Source: Malacoraja senta (Eukaryota). Taken from it: a stretch of 64,000 nucleotides of DNA. The notes under the pieces are model-generated. The model made no database searches. It had not been told where the DNA came from and was given only the letters and a program-made list of their open reading frames with translations. The translations under genes and the position numbers were made by a program. The DNA is taken from the NCBI GenBank assembly GCA_038087875.1, contig CM075981.1:2728001-2792000 (forward strand). The letters are read 5' to 3'. Positions 38,001-51,110 of this stretch are shown one piece after another. Position 1 is the stretch's first letter. Every line of letters begins with the position of its first letter.

Positions 38001-40816
38001 CTCTCCCTGTTTACCATTTTCCCCTTAATATACATTAAATCTCATTGTTTTCTCAAACGTATGTATTGCATGCCACCTTTTGCCCTTCGTGCATATGTTC
38101 TTTAATTCCCTATACCCCTCGGGATAGACTTGATGCCAGTTATCTATACCTGACCCATGCCTCCTTTTTTTCTGAACAGTCATAGAGTGATACAGTGTGG
38201 AAACAGGCCCTTCGGCCCAACTTGCCCACAATGGCCAACAATGTCCCAGCTACACACGTCCCACTTGCCTGCAATTGGTCCATATCCCTCAAAACCTGTC
38301 CTATCCATATACCTGTCTAACTGTTTCTGAACCTATGGGATAGTCCCAGTCTCAACTACCTCCTCTGACAGCTTGTTCCATACACCCACCACCCTTTGTG
38401 TGAAAGCGTTACCACTTGGATTCCGATTAAATCATTTCCCCTTCACCCTATGTCCTCTGGTCCTCGATTCCCCTACTCTGGGCAAGAGACTCTGTGCATC
38501 TACCCTTAATGCTACCCACCAGAGCTATCTCCTGGCCTCTTGTTGCCCTTCTGATCTTTTTCAGTTTACTCCTTAGTTCCTGAAATTCCTCCAGGGATGC
38601 ACTTGATCCCAGCTGCCTATACCTATCGAGAAAAAAGTTTGTTGATTGGCTTTTTCATTAAACATTTTGTGAAATAGAAATCTACAAACCAAACTATTTA
38701 ACCAAAGGGTAATTTGAATAGTATTACTGTGAACCACAATATAAATGTGTTTGGAAAGTGGTTTGGAAATCTCCACCTTACTGGACTTTATACTTTTGAA
38801 ATGTCCTTAAATCGGCTAGCATTTTCAGAAAGTTACTATACTCTGCAACAAATATATTTGATAAATGTGCTCTTAATAATCACCATCAGCCAGTTGACAA
38901 AATGCTCCGAAATCATTTATTCCTCTCAACATTCTTAGGAATTATAATCTTGTCCAGTCATGAAGTCCAATCAGCCAAGGACATATAGGAGCAGAATTAG
39001 GCCAATCATGGCTGATCTATCTCTCCCTCCTAACCCCATTTTCTCCACATCCACTCTATCCAGGCCTTTCACTATTTGGTAAGTTTCAATGAGGTTCCCC
39101 CTCATAGGTATAAGGTAAGTGGGGAAAGATTTAATAGTAACCTAAGGGGCAACCTTTTCCCCACACAGGGTGATGCGTATATGAACTGCCAATAGATAAC
39201 AACATTTAAAAGACATTTGGACATATACATGGATAGGAATGGTTTAGAGGGATATAGGCCAAATGCGGAGAGGTGGGACATATAGATGGGGCATTTTTGT
39301 CAGCGTGAGCAAGTTGGTTCGAAGGACCTATCTGTACAAGACTGACAAAACTAAGCCAAAGGGTGGATTCAAATAAACATTTGCAAGGATTTTCATGTGG
39401 TAAATAGTGTGTTTTATTACATTTATTAATGCTGCAAAAAAAAATTTAAATTGTGGTTATTGATATTATACTGTGTCTTTGATGACCGGGAACTTTTCCT
39501 CCATTTTACCGAATTTGTACTTCTGGTATGATATTTAAAAATATTGATTCTGTTCAATTTCATCATATTCAAATTGATTTAATAAATGTATCCTTTAAAA
39601 AATGTAAATGTAACATTAAAATGCTCAATTTAAAGACTGCTTGCCACATCTGCACTGTTAGTTGAAGGGAGACACAAGGAATTGCAGATACTGGAATTTT
39701 GAGCAAAACACAAAGTGTTGGCGGGTCAAGCAGCATCAGGGAATGGACAGACTGGAGTAAACTTTCCAGCAGATTTGGGAAGGACGGCCGGACAAAGGCG
39801 AGGCAGGGCTGCCTATGAGAGCGGCTCCTGTGGAGGATCGGAAGGTTACTTTGCACAGAATTGCTCCAAGCGTCCACAAAGCTTCACTGAAAACTCGACC
39901 CCGCTCTGGGGGAAACCGCCCCACCCAGACGCTGCCATCCAGGAAGCTGCTGGTCGCATCCGCACCGTCTCCCCTCTGGCCGGCCACGGGGATGTAGGCC
40001 AGTTGCCGTGAGAGAAACCAATTTGGGTTTGAGTTATTGAAAAGTTCTGCAAATATACTGGGTTTTCTTGTTCTGTGGCACAAAAAAAATACGAGATGGG
40101 ATGTTAAGCAAGAGACCAATGCCAACTGCTAATCCTCCCTATAATATGGTAATTGTTTGCCCCTGACATCAATTTTATCCCCTTCCCCAACAACACCATC
40201 TTGGCAATCACAGGCTCCACCACTATTGCCTAGATCTCCAGTGTGTATTCTGTTCATGCGCAACACAGGATTCAGTAATACCTGATATTTTAAGACTTGT
40301 TGGTGCTCATTTTGTTTATGGCATGTCCACAACCTAAATGGTGGTTGGTTGATTCCACACTGATCAATTATATGTCACTCAAGGCACCAATCAATTTCTA
40401 GACAACACCTTCCTGTCTCTACCACTGGATTAATTGGGTAGATCCAGTCATTTTCAGATTCTCAAGAATGAAATCCAGTTGGGGAATATTGGGAGTGGGC
40501 AAGGAAGCACACTTCTCTCCCTCCCTTCGCCTTGAAATAATTCTATGACACATAAAACAGTTGTTTCAGCCCTCAAAATATTTTCTGGAAACAATAGAAT
40601 ATAGATTTGGAATAATAAGTCTTGGTTTCATAAAAGATGATTCATCAAAGGTGGAAGATTCAGTTTGGTGGTGTTTTTTCAGATAATCTCAGTGACCACA
40701 AACAAATTATATTCCAATAGTATATAATTTTTAACCACTGAAGCTAGCCTTCTTAACCAAAATTGTGTGATTAAAATTAGTTAGGATGGCGCCAAATATT
40801 ATTTTACTGCTTGAAG

Positions 40817-40870
40817 GAATGACAAGTTGGAGACACTGCTGACACTTGGAGAGGATTTTGGTTCTAAAAG
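40817..40870 (+). pseudogene. Isolated degenerate chitinase exon (copy of the KTLLAVGGWNFG exon)
   Basis: ttgAAG|G..AAAAG|GTaagt, 54 bp; NDKLETLLTLGEDFGSK versus NSELKTLLAVGGWNFGSV at 63659-63715; same phase 2-2, one codon shorter. Confidence 0.65.
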
Positions 40871-41206
40871 GTAAGTATGTTTATGCATTTTCATAAAGGA
40901 ATATGTTAAAACACAGATACTAACTGGCAGCTTGGTTTAATGCATTAATGAATTGTACACCTCCAATAGCTTTTGGGACTTCTGCACTAAGATAGACACA
41001 AAGTGCTGGAGTAACTCAGTGGGTCAGGCAGCTTCTCTGGAAAGGGAATGGGTGACGTTTCGGGTCGAGACCTTTCTTCAGACTGAGTCAGAGGAGAGGT
41101 TCCCTAGAGATGCTGCCTGACCCGCTTAGTTATTCCCGTACTTTGTACCTATCTATGTTCTCCAGAGATGCCGCCTGACCCGCTGAGTTACTCCAGCACT
41201 ATGGAT

Positions 41207-41234
41207 CTGAAGAAGGGTCTCGACCCGAAACGTC
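41207..41234 (+). ncRNA. Minimal type I hammerhead-ribozyme-like motif (Penelope-associated)
   Basis: CTGAAGA-A-GGGTC-TC-GACCC-GAAAC-GTC: conserved core, stem II, GUC triplet; helix I support weak. Confidence 0.5.
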
Positions 41235-43954
41235 GCCAATTCCATCTCCATGGATGCTGCCTCACCCGCTGAGTTACTCCAGCATTTTGTGTCTACCTAT
41301 ATATATATCTTCCACCCCACCCCCAAACTGCGCCTGCGCGGCAGACGGCATGATCCGTTGTGGCTGCGCATGCGCTGTGTTTGGCGGGAGGCCGTTGTCC
41401 GCCGGCCGTCGAGGAGCAGGAATTGCGGGGGCATCGACATATAAAAACAAACCGGCGTCCGTCCCACATCACACGGCGACATACAAACACCCAAAGGTGC
41501 AGGAAGCTGAGGATCGGTGTGAAATGCCGGCGGCGTTGGGCGTCTCTCCCACCAGCTCTGGGGCATCCTTCTCATCCGACTGTGGCGCATAGTCTGGATA
41601 AGACAATCTCCCTTGTAGCCTCTATATCTACACTGACACTTTTACCAGAGGATTTTTATTTTAAACTCAAGATATTGTTTAACCTTTTTCACCCAATCTG
41701 AATAACACTTCATAATTGGAGTCATACAGCACAAAACAGGCCCTGAGGCCCAACTTGTCCACGCCGACCAACGTCCCATCTATACTTGTCCCACCTGCCT
41801 GCATTTTGCCCATATCCCTCAAAACCTGTCCAATCCAAACGTCTTTTAAATGTTGTGATAGTCCCTGCCTCAACTACCTCTGGCAGCTTGTTACCACCCT
41901 CTGTGAAAAAGTTGCCCCTCGGATTCCTATTATATCTTTCCCCTCACCTTAAACTAATGTCCTCTGGTTCTTGATTCCCCAACTTTCTATTCCCCTCGTG
42001 ATTTTATACACTTCCATAAGATCACCCTTCAGGCTCCTGCGCTCCTAGCCTGACGAGCCCCTCCCTCTATTTCAGGCCCTCAAGTCCCCCCACACTCCAG
42101 CTTAAGACGTACTTGCTTTGTTAGAAAAACTGAAGAACCGAGGGTCCAAGGAGGAATGAATGGTTGATGTTTTGGGTTGAAACTTTGCTTTAGGACAGGA
42201 ACATTCCTTTCCTTCCGCTGATGCTGCTCGACCCACTGAGTTCAGCAACAGATTGTTTCAGATTTCGGTGTTTGCAGTATCAGTGTCTCTGAGGGATTAC
42301 AAGGGGTTAATGTTTGAAAAAGTGGTGATAGAGACCACAAGTAACTCCAGCTTCAGGAACGGATTCTTCCCCGCTGTAATTAGTCCTCTCAAAAGCTATG
42401 GGTGGAGTCCTGATTTTCCAACCTACCTCATTGAAAAATAAAAAGGGTATCAAGTAAGCCAACTGGCGAGAAATCTGATTGTCCCAGTGTATAATTTGGA
42501 AAATGCTAGTATGTAGGAAAAGCAATTAGAAACGCTAACTGAGCTATATATACTATGAGGGAAATTGAATATGGAGGTAGGAAGGTTCTGCCATGGCTAT
42601 ACCATATCTGGAGCAATTTGTACAATACTGATCTCCCTATGTAAGAGTATTGGTTTGACTCTCATGTTGGAGATTATCATTCTCAAGCACATTTGTGGCT
42701 TAGATATTTCTTTACACTTACCAGCTTATGCCTGATGTTGTCTAGGTCTTGTTGCATCAGTGAACATTCCTATTCCTGACCATATAATGAAAGGAAAGTC
42801 ATAATGAAGCAGCTAAAGATGATTGGGCCTGAGAAACTGTCCTGAGAAATTCCTGCAGTGCTGCCCTATGTTTGGTTAGATTTACCTCCATCAACAATAA
42901 CCATCTTCCTTTGCGAGGTATGTCTCAAGGTATTTTCTCCGTGATGCCACACTTGGTCAAGTGCTGTCTTGATGTCAAGGGCAATCAATCTCACCTCACC
43001 TTTAGAATTCAACGCTGGTCATTATTTAGCCTTCGCAAAACCAAAATTGAATAAGTGGAGCTTAATAATGCTGCGAGTGACATTTTACAACATTTGCTGA
43101 TGATTGGGTAAATTGATTGGGTGGACAGCTGGATTGTATAGAGCAATGTGCCTATACTGGAAAAAAATGGCTAAATGCATGGAAAATTCTGGATTGTAAG
43201 TCTGCAGTTTGACTACGAGGATAGCTGTTGCTTTATCCAGTGCTCATTTCTAGAATCACAGAATAGAAATTAGCTCTTCAGCCCACCATGTTCGTGACAA
43301 ACATTTTGCCCACCTGTGTGAATCCCATTTACCCGCATGAAATTCAAATCCACTTTGGCTGTTTCGGCACGAAACGTTGCCTATTTCCTTCGCTCCATAG
43401 ATGCTGCTGCACCCGCTGAGTTTCTCCAGCATTTTTGTGTACCTTGGCTGTTTACATGCCTGCCTAAATGTTTCTTAAATGTAGTGATTGTATATGATTC
43501 CACCACTTCCTTGGAAAGTATATTTCAATAATTAACCACTTGGAAAAAAGATTCACCTCAAATCCCATTTAAACTTCCGTCCTTTCACCTATGTTCTCTT
43601 GTTTTTCAATGCTCCTACAATGGGAAAAAGATTCTATATACCCTATTGAAGACATAATATATATACCTCTTTCTAGTCACACTTAGCCTCCTTCAGTCCA
43701 GTGGAAAAAAAACTCCAACCTATCCAATCTCTGTTCATCAATATTAATTAGTGCCCTATACAACTTCCTAAAAAGGTATTGTCTCCCAATAAAATTCCAT
43801 CTGCGGATGTCCAGCCCAGCTTTCCATCTGATCTGCAAGCAGTTCCCAGGTTACATAAAGCTTCCATTCCTGAGAACTGTCTGTAAACCGATTTTTCCGT
43901 GACTCAGAAATGAACAATTTCAATGAGATTCAATCAACACAAGCACTTATTTGT

Positions 43955-44270
43955 TGTCTTCCCCTATGTAGTTACCATGGCACAGAATCAGAATGTTTCA
44001 CATCCATTGGCCACTTTTAATAGCCTAAATATACCAGTGGATATTGTTTGACAAAGTATTATACGTGTCAATAAAGAGCGTGTCTTGTCCGGTCCAAAAT
44101 AAATTTCTTAATGTCTTCCCCTATGTAGTTACCATGGCACAGAATCAGAATGTTTCACATCCATTGGCCACTTTTAATAGCCTAAATATACCAGTGGATA
44201 TTGTTTGACAAAGTATTATACGTGTCAATAAAGAGCGTGTCTTGTCCGGTCCAAAATAAATTTCTTAATG
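43955..44270 (+). repeat. Perfect tandem duplication, 157-bp unit x2
   Basis: 43955-44111 equals 44112-44268; TG microhomology at the junction. Confidence 0.95.
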
Positions 44271-44910
44271 ATCTTCCACTGTGAACCAATAGCCAGCATG
44301 CTTCACAAGCAATGGTTTCCATTTGATTACAGCGAACTTAAGTACAGAAATTAAATATGATAACAATTTTAATAGAGAGGTTGCTGTAGAAGGATATAGT
44401 CAAACTAAAGAAAAGATATTGATTCTGATTATACAAAATGCTGCAACATAAAGGTGCTATTTACTAATTCTATATATAAACATAGTACGATGATGTTTTT
44501 TAATTACATCACTTTAAAATGTGATAAATTTACATAAAAGTTTCACTTCAAAGTAAAAGCAGTCAGGCAAATGATTTAAAATAGACCAATAATAGTTCCC
44601 TGCATCTTAACTATGAGGAATAATGTGCAGATTTTTAACATTCTGCTTAATGTTTAAGCAGATCTTTGTTCTGCTGATCTTTGTTCAGAACCTGTTGTTG
44701 AAATAAATGGTCATGTATCCAAGAAATCTGGTTGAAAACCATTTTGTACCTCCCTTTTGGAATGCCAGTCTCTGCTCATGAAACGAATGACTGTGTGACC
44801 ATATATTATAGGTAATGCGGAGACATTGCACAGTTCCAGCAGTATTACCAGGGTACCCTCCATTACGTCAAGAATAAAGCTATAGAGATAGTAACTCAAC
44901 TCATCACAAC

Positions 44911-44935
44911 ATGGGAATGATATTCAAACTTTTTG
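44911..44935 (+). CDS. chia: Chitinase gene 2 first coding exon (start of signal peptide)
   Basis: cacaacATGG Kozak context; MGMIFKLF+G|GTaagt; 25 coding bp as in vertebrate CHIA/CHIT1. Confidence 0.8.
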
Positions 44936-45214
44936 GTAAGTATGGTTTGTTAAAATATATTTAGAAAATATACAATTAAGCTATTGTAAGCAAAGAGTTA
45001 TAATGATTTGGAATAAAAACATGAAATGCTGGAAAACTTAGCAGGTTAGACAGCATCTGTGTGGGGGGTTGTCAAGATCTTTGACATCTCAAGCCAATAT
45101 GTCACCCATTCCTTATTTCCAGAGATGCTGCCTGTCCCTCAGAGTTATACCAGTATTTTGTGTCTATCTTTGGTGTAAACCAGTATCTCCAGTTCCTACC
45201 TATAGATTTCTAAA

Positions 45215-46255
45215 AGTAGGTATGTTACAAAACTTACCTTCAACGGCGCTGCAGTTCTGTCACTGGCCGTGTGCGCGACTTTGGCGCCTTTGATTGGGGG
45301 GGGGGGGGGCGGGATTAAAATGCCGTTTTCTCCTGCCTGTCCGAGAGATATTTTCTCGGGCTACTTCCTGATGCTGAAAATTCGTTCCAACTGCCGTTCT
45401 GTGAATTTATTTTTTTCAAACCGCGGGACAATTTAAGCGCTGGAGTAAAATAAAAATCTAACGCCGACAACGGGACGGATCTCCCGTACGGGACAAAACA
45501 TAAGGTAAGTTGTTTATTTTACATATAAACTTGCTTCTTAGGATTACTTTAATCAAAATTTCATCAGCGAAAATGTGATTATGTAAATATATGAACCGGC
45601 AGTGTTTTTGCTGCCGATATGGGGTTTAAATTCACCGCAAACCGCAACGTTCCAATCGATCGCGTTCCACAAAATCTCACTCGCAAGATGATTAAAATGC
45701 CCATTAATTTATGGGAATTAAACACTAAATTCCTTCCATTTGTCCTATAAATTCATGACAATGAGATTTAAAAATCATGTTATATTGTGATTTCTTGTGT
45801 GAATGTTATTTGGACATTTAGGCTATTTAAAAATGTTAACCTTTTCTTAAGAAATGGGTAGATGTTTAGATCTATTAATTGAATTTTGTAATTAGCTACA
45901 ATTAGGTAACTAACTAATTATATGCTTTAATTTCAGGTCATCCAAGTAAGATTGTTTCATATTTGTTTCAGAATGCTTCAATCTATAATAACCGAAAATT
46001 TCATTCAGTTCTCTTAATTTTTAAGAAAGTTATGGGCTTTTGACTGTCCTCGATCACAGCTTTTGAGTTAAGTCAATGGAAAAGCAATAGGGAACAAGAT
46101 GCTAATTTCAGAGTATGAAAATGGCCATAACTTTTTTAATACTGAAGATATGAAAGTGAATTAGGTGTCAAATTAAACTTCTTTTTGTGCTTTACCTGAT
46201 GGGATAAATTACAGACTTGATTTTTTAAATCTCAAAATTTTGTAACATTGCTACT
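45215..46255. mobile_element. Non-autonomous DNA transposon (superfamily uncertain; Kolobok- or Academ-like termini)
   Basis: Imperfect TIR AGTAGGTATGTTACAAAA / TTTTGTAACATTGCTACT; no coding capacity. Confidence 0.65.
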
Positions 46256-46478
46256 AAAACCACTGATCTTTGTGATTCCTTTTACTGGCATTAATATTGT
46301 TTTCAAGACTGTTTTAAGTAAAACTGCCATAGTAAGATCATAGTTCAAATTATATGGATTATGAGTCAAGGCCTCTAGATACAGTTCAGTTACATAACCA
46401 TGATGCTTTATGTTAAGAATCCACGACAAATTATGCCTGGATAACTCTCCACAAGCCTTTAGTTTTGAAGGGCATGTG

Positions 46479-46492
46479 GTGCCACCTGGTGG
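46479..46492 (-). promoter_or_regulatory. CTCF core motif
   Basis: Minus strand CCACCAGGTGGCAC matches CCASYAGRKGGCRS exactly; motif only, no binding data. Confidence 0.45.
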
Positions 46493-46964
46493 GCAAGCCA
46501 CTTACTGATTGAACCTTCGTCACCAGAACTGGAACAATCACGTGACAGGGAGATGACAGTTGCAGATGACAATTGACAGTTGGAGATGAGAAGCTCAGCT
46601 CGAGCCCACGAGTCAACAGATGTGTGGTGCTCCTCTCAACGGCAACAAGCATCTAACTGTTCTCCTAACTAAGCGCAATAATTTTCAGGTGTTAAAGAAT
46701 GCCTAGCCTATCGCGTGCATTACTTGATCAAACACTGGTGGGTGGACAGGAGAACAAATCCATCTTCTGCATCCATAACTACCCACTCACAAAAATGCCC
46801 ATTGGGAATATATTGGAATCTTGATCTAGGTTCGGATCAGTGTTATTATTGAAGCAGTTATCCCGCTATTTTTATGGAGAAATTACAAGAGGGAAACAAT
46901 ATTTGTCCTGATCCGTTGTGCCAGACTCATTTCCACATGCGTCTAACCTATGATTATAGAGATT

Positions 46965-47373
46965 ATCAGTGACAAAGCAGTAAGGAATAAGTGGTCAGGT
47001 TTTGAGAGGTGTATGAGGAGCAAGGTGCAGGTCATCCTCAACAACTCCTGGCACCCCCACCATGAAACTCTGGAGGGTCAGAGGAGCACACGGAACAACA
47101 ACCGGCTCCTCTCCCTGCGCTGTAAAACAGAGCGTTTCAGGAGATCCTGCACCCCTGCAGCCATTAGATTTTATAATACTGACGGTTAAGCTGTATGGGG
47201 ATGCTTTGCAGTTTTAATCGTTATTTTTTTTTATTTTTTTAGTATTTATTACTTTTATGTATTGTCCGTATTTTATGTATTGTCTGCTTTACGTTCTGAC
47301 TGTGTTGGCTCCCGGACATCGGAATTTCCGAGGGGATTAATAAAGTATTTATCTATCTATCTATCTATCTATC
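46965..47373 (+). mobile_element. Rex1/Babar-type LINE 3' end
   Basis: HPHHE..RCKTERFRRS..PAAIRFYN, AATAAA and (TATC)n tail. Confidence 0.7.
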
Positions 47374-47809
47374 TTACGTCGCAATACTTCCAATGTGCAG
47401 TTCTCATCCTTGTATTTATGAATCCTTTCATGATTTTATCCTTCCAATCTTTTCTATTCTTTGTCAACCCTATCAACACCATGCTCCTTTGATTCTAGGC
47501 TTTTTTACATCCATCCTTTGCCCAACTACAGGCCTGGAGCCTTTAGATATCTGTCCTTATATTTCCTTTTAAAACCATGCACCCTACTACTTCCTCCCAA
47601 ATCCCGTGTCTACTCTTTCCTTTCGAGAACCTTTTCAATCCTAATTTATTGGGCACTTTCATTTACCCTGTTTGCTTCTTTGACCAATCTTTCTATGAAA
47701 TGACAGTACATTTTTTAAATTTTAATTGTAATATACAAATTAGTTGATTGTCTAATACTATTCTTTAATGAAAATGATAAAATAAGCTTTTTGACTTTTT
47801 TTTCCCCAG

Positions 47810-47842
47810 TGGGATTCTTTATATTTTTGCAACTACAATTGG
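47810..47842 (+). CDS. chia: Chitinase gene 2 exon 2 (signal peptide)
   Basis: tttttccccAG|TG..TTGG|GTaagt, 33 bp; (V)GFFIFLQLQL(G), compare CHIA LQLG. Confidence 0.85.
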
Positions 47843-48059
47843 GTAAGTCATAGTATTGTCATCAAATGCCAAAGCTACTTCTAGTCAGCATATTTCAGCA
47901 ATCACTTTCATTAAAGTATTGTAAATTATAATAATTATTATTAAACTTTTAGGTCCAGATAAAAGACGACATTACATAGAATACATTGCATATAAAAATA
48001 CCATAAAATACATATAAAAGCTTAGTAAATTACTTATGAGCATCATAAATTATACACAA

Positions 48060-48850
48060 AAACACAATACATGGTTTAAAATCCAGAATAAAAAGAAAGA
48101 TCAATGTCCTACTATGAGACAACTATATCAATGTCCCCACAACTGGGATTGCTAGCATGTAGTGCTAAACCATATGTTTTGATAAGACCAAGCTAATTCC
48201 ATTTTCTGAGTAATTAATCCTGCAAATAAATTAATACATATGATTTCTTAGGATAGCTTGTATGGTACTGACTCCTGCAGCCACAAACATTTTACTTGCA
48301 CCACACCATCTAGGTTTCTTCAGCAGTATTCTCATTGCATCATTATACGCTTCTTTAAGTCTCTGTATACTTGTTTTTCTGTACTTAGACCACAGATGTG
48401 CAGTCTAGAGTGGTGTACAATATGCTCTAAACAGAGACACCTTCATTATATCTGTACACACACCAAACCTGCATAAGAGGATAGTCGCTTGTACATACAG
48501 CATACGCCGTTGCCTATTAATATCCTCATCATCTGTCATTTGTTCTGTAATAAAATGTCCAAGATATTTTACCTTATTACAGACACTAAGATTATTGTCA
48601 GACAATTTAGGAAATCAGGAAAATTTAGACATTTATCCACTTTGGTTCTACAGATCATAACAGCACTTTTACCAGCATTATATTTGATATCATGTTCCAC
48701 AACATACACATATAGTAAGGAGCTGCTGGAGACCAGCGCTAGATGGACTAATGACCACAAGATCATATGCATACATAATATGGTTCACTAAAGTATTACC
48801 GATCATGCACCCAGTATTACAGGTTTACAGGCTATTAATCAACAATCTTA
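48060..48850 (-). mobile_element. RTE-X-type LINE fragment
   Basis: YADD-like RT motif near 48760; KYLGH..DDEDINRQRRMLY..KVSLFRAYCTPL. Confidence 0.7.
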
Positions 48851-49098
48851 ATAGAAATTGTGTTTCAAGTGTGTATTTATTTATTTTTTAATTAATGTTT
48901 TTAAACTACTTAAAAAATGTTCATTTCTACAACAAACCAGTGACATTTAGAAGGTTGCAATTCTTTGTTGCTACGAATTTGGACTTATTAAAACATAACA
49001 AATAATTACATTTAGGCATGATTAAGTTTTACACTGAATACTTATCCTGAGATAAATAACACGTTTTATCATAACATGTTTTATTTTGTATATTGCAG

Positions 49099-49303
49099 GC
49101 AGTACTTATATCATTGTTTGTTATTTCACAAACTGGGCACAATACAGAACTGGAATTGGTCGGTTTGCAGCTAAGGATATTAATCCTTTTTTGTGCACCC
49201 ATTTGATTTATGCTTTTGCTGAAATAACTGAAGATTATAAAATTTTTATCCAAGACCCAAAGAAAGAAGATTCTTTAAAAGTATTTAACGATCTCAAGTC
49301 TAG
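49099..49303 (+). CDS. chia: Chitinase gene 2 exon 3
   Basis: ttgcAG|GC..TAG|GTgagt, 205 bp; STYIIVCYFTNWAQYRTGIGRFAAKDINPFLCTHLIYAFAEITEDYKIFIQDPKKEDSLKVFNDLKSR. Confidence 0.96.
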
Positions 49304-49589
49304 GTGAGTGGGAATGCGTTCCTCAGCAGTTTACTTATAACCCAAACAAATTCTTAATCTATAGTTCTTTCTCATGTTAAATGTTTTCATCCTTGAAAGC
49401 AGTTGGACTTTTGAGAAGCAGTTAGTGAAGCCTATGGAAACACAAGAGACGACAAATGCTGGAATCTTTATCAAAAAACAAACTACTGAAGGAATTCATT
49501 GGGTCAGGCAGCATCTGTGGAGGGAAATGGACAAACAACATTTCAGGTTGGCTGCCTGTCCCGCTGAGTTCGCCAGCTTTTAGTGTCTA

Positions 49590-50235
49590 TCGAGCCTGCG
49601 CTTGGTCTCCTAATGTACAGGAGTTGACACCTGGAACAGCAGATGAGGTTGGAGGAGGTGTGTGAACCTCTGCCACATGTGAAAAGACTGCCGGGATCCT
49701 TGGATGCAGTCGAGGGGGGAGGTAATGGGACAGGTGTTATATCTCATGCGGGGTTGCAGGGGAAAGTATCTGGGGAGGGGGTGGTTTGGGAGGGAAGGGA
49801 TGAGTTGACCAGGGTGTTGCGGAGGGAACGGCCTCTGCGGAAAGCAGAAAGAGGTAGAGATGAGAAGATGTAGCCAGTCGTGGGATCCCGTTGGAGGTTA
49901 CGAAAATGTTGGAGGATTATATGCTGCATGCAACGGCTGATGGGATGGAAGGTGAGGACAAGGGGGACTCTCCTAGTTACATAGGGGGGAGGGGGAGCAA
50001 GAGCGGAGCTGCGGGAAATCGGGGAGACCCTAGTAAGAGCCTCATCTATAATGGAAGAGGAAAACCCCCGTTTCCTAAAGAATGAGGATATCTCCGAAGA
50101 CCTGATATGTAAAACCTCATCCTGGACGCTGATGTGACGAAGACGGAGGAATTGAGGAGTAGGGGAGTAGTAGGAAGCCGGGTGGGAAGAAGTTTAGTCT
50201 AGATAGCTATGGGAGTCAGTGGATTTGTAATAGAT
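49590..50235 (-). mobile_element. Penelope-like element fragment
   Basis: QHIILQHFRNLQRDPTT..AFRRGRSLRNTLV..TFPC linker between RT and GIY-YIG. Confidence 0.75.
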
Positions 50236-50239
50236 GTGA

Positions 50240-51110
50240 TATCAGCAGAAGAGAGGTCTGTTGAAGAGTCTGATGACAGCAGGAAAAAAGCTGTTCTTGA
50301 AACTGGTGATTTCAAACCTTTGCATCTTCTGTCCGATGGGAAGGGGGAGAAGAGGGAATGACCTGAGTGTGAGTGGGCCTTGGTTATGTTGGCTGCTTTC
50401 CTGAGGCAATGGAAAGTGTATACAGTGTGTATATGCGCTCACAACTCTGCATTTCTTGTGGTCTTGGGCAAAAGAGTCGTCATACCGAGCTGTGAAGCAT
50501 CTGGATAGGATGCTTTCGATAATGCATTTGCAATAAGAGTCATTAGAGATGTATTGAATTTCTTTCTGAGGAAGTTAGAAGCATTGGTGTTCTTTTTTTA
50601 GCTGTGGTATCAATGTGATTGGACCAATTCAATTTGTTGCTGATGTTTACATCTAGGAACAAAGCTTTGGCCAATTTCCACCAGCACCATTGATGGTGAT
50701 TGTGGTACGTACTCCATCACTCCTTCTGAAGTCGATTATCATCTTCATTTTTTTGACATTGAGAGATTGTTGACTTGCCACCATGCTACTAGGTTCACTA
50801 TCTCCTTCTTGTACTGCATCTTGTCATTGTTTGATATCCAGCCCACTATACTGGTGCCACCTGTAAACATGTAAGTGGAGTTAGAACAGAATTTGGCCAT
50901 GCTGTTGTAAGTGTATAGGGAGTATAGTAAGGGTCTTAATACTCAGCCTTACAGAGCACTGGTGTTGAGAATTATTGGGGAGAATGTTTTGTCACTTATC
51001 CTGACTGATTGTGATCTATGGGTCAGGAAGGTGAGGATCTAATTGCAGAGGGGGGTGCTGAATCCTAGGTCCAGCCGTTTGGTTTAAAATTTGTTGTTGA
51101 AGACAGAGCT
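50240..51110 (-). mobile_element. Degenerate Rex1/Babar-type LINE fragment
   Basis: SFKNSFFPAVIRLFN end and degenerate RT sequence. Confidence 0.6.
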
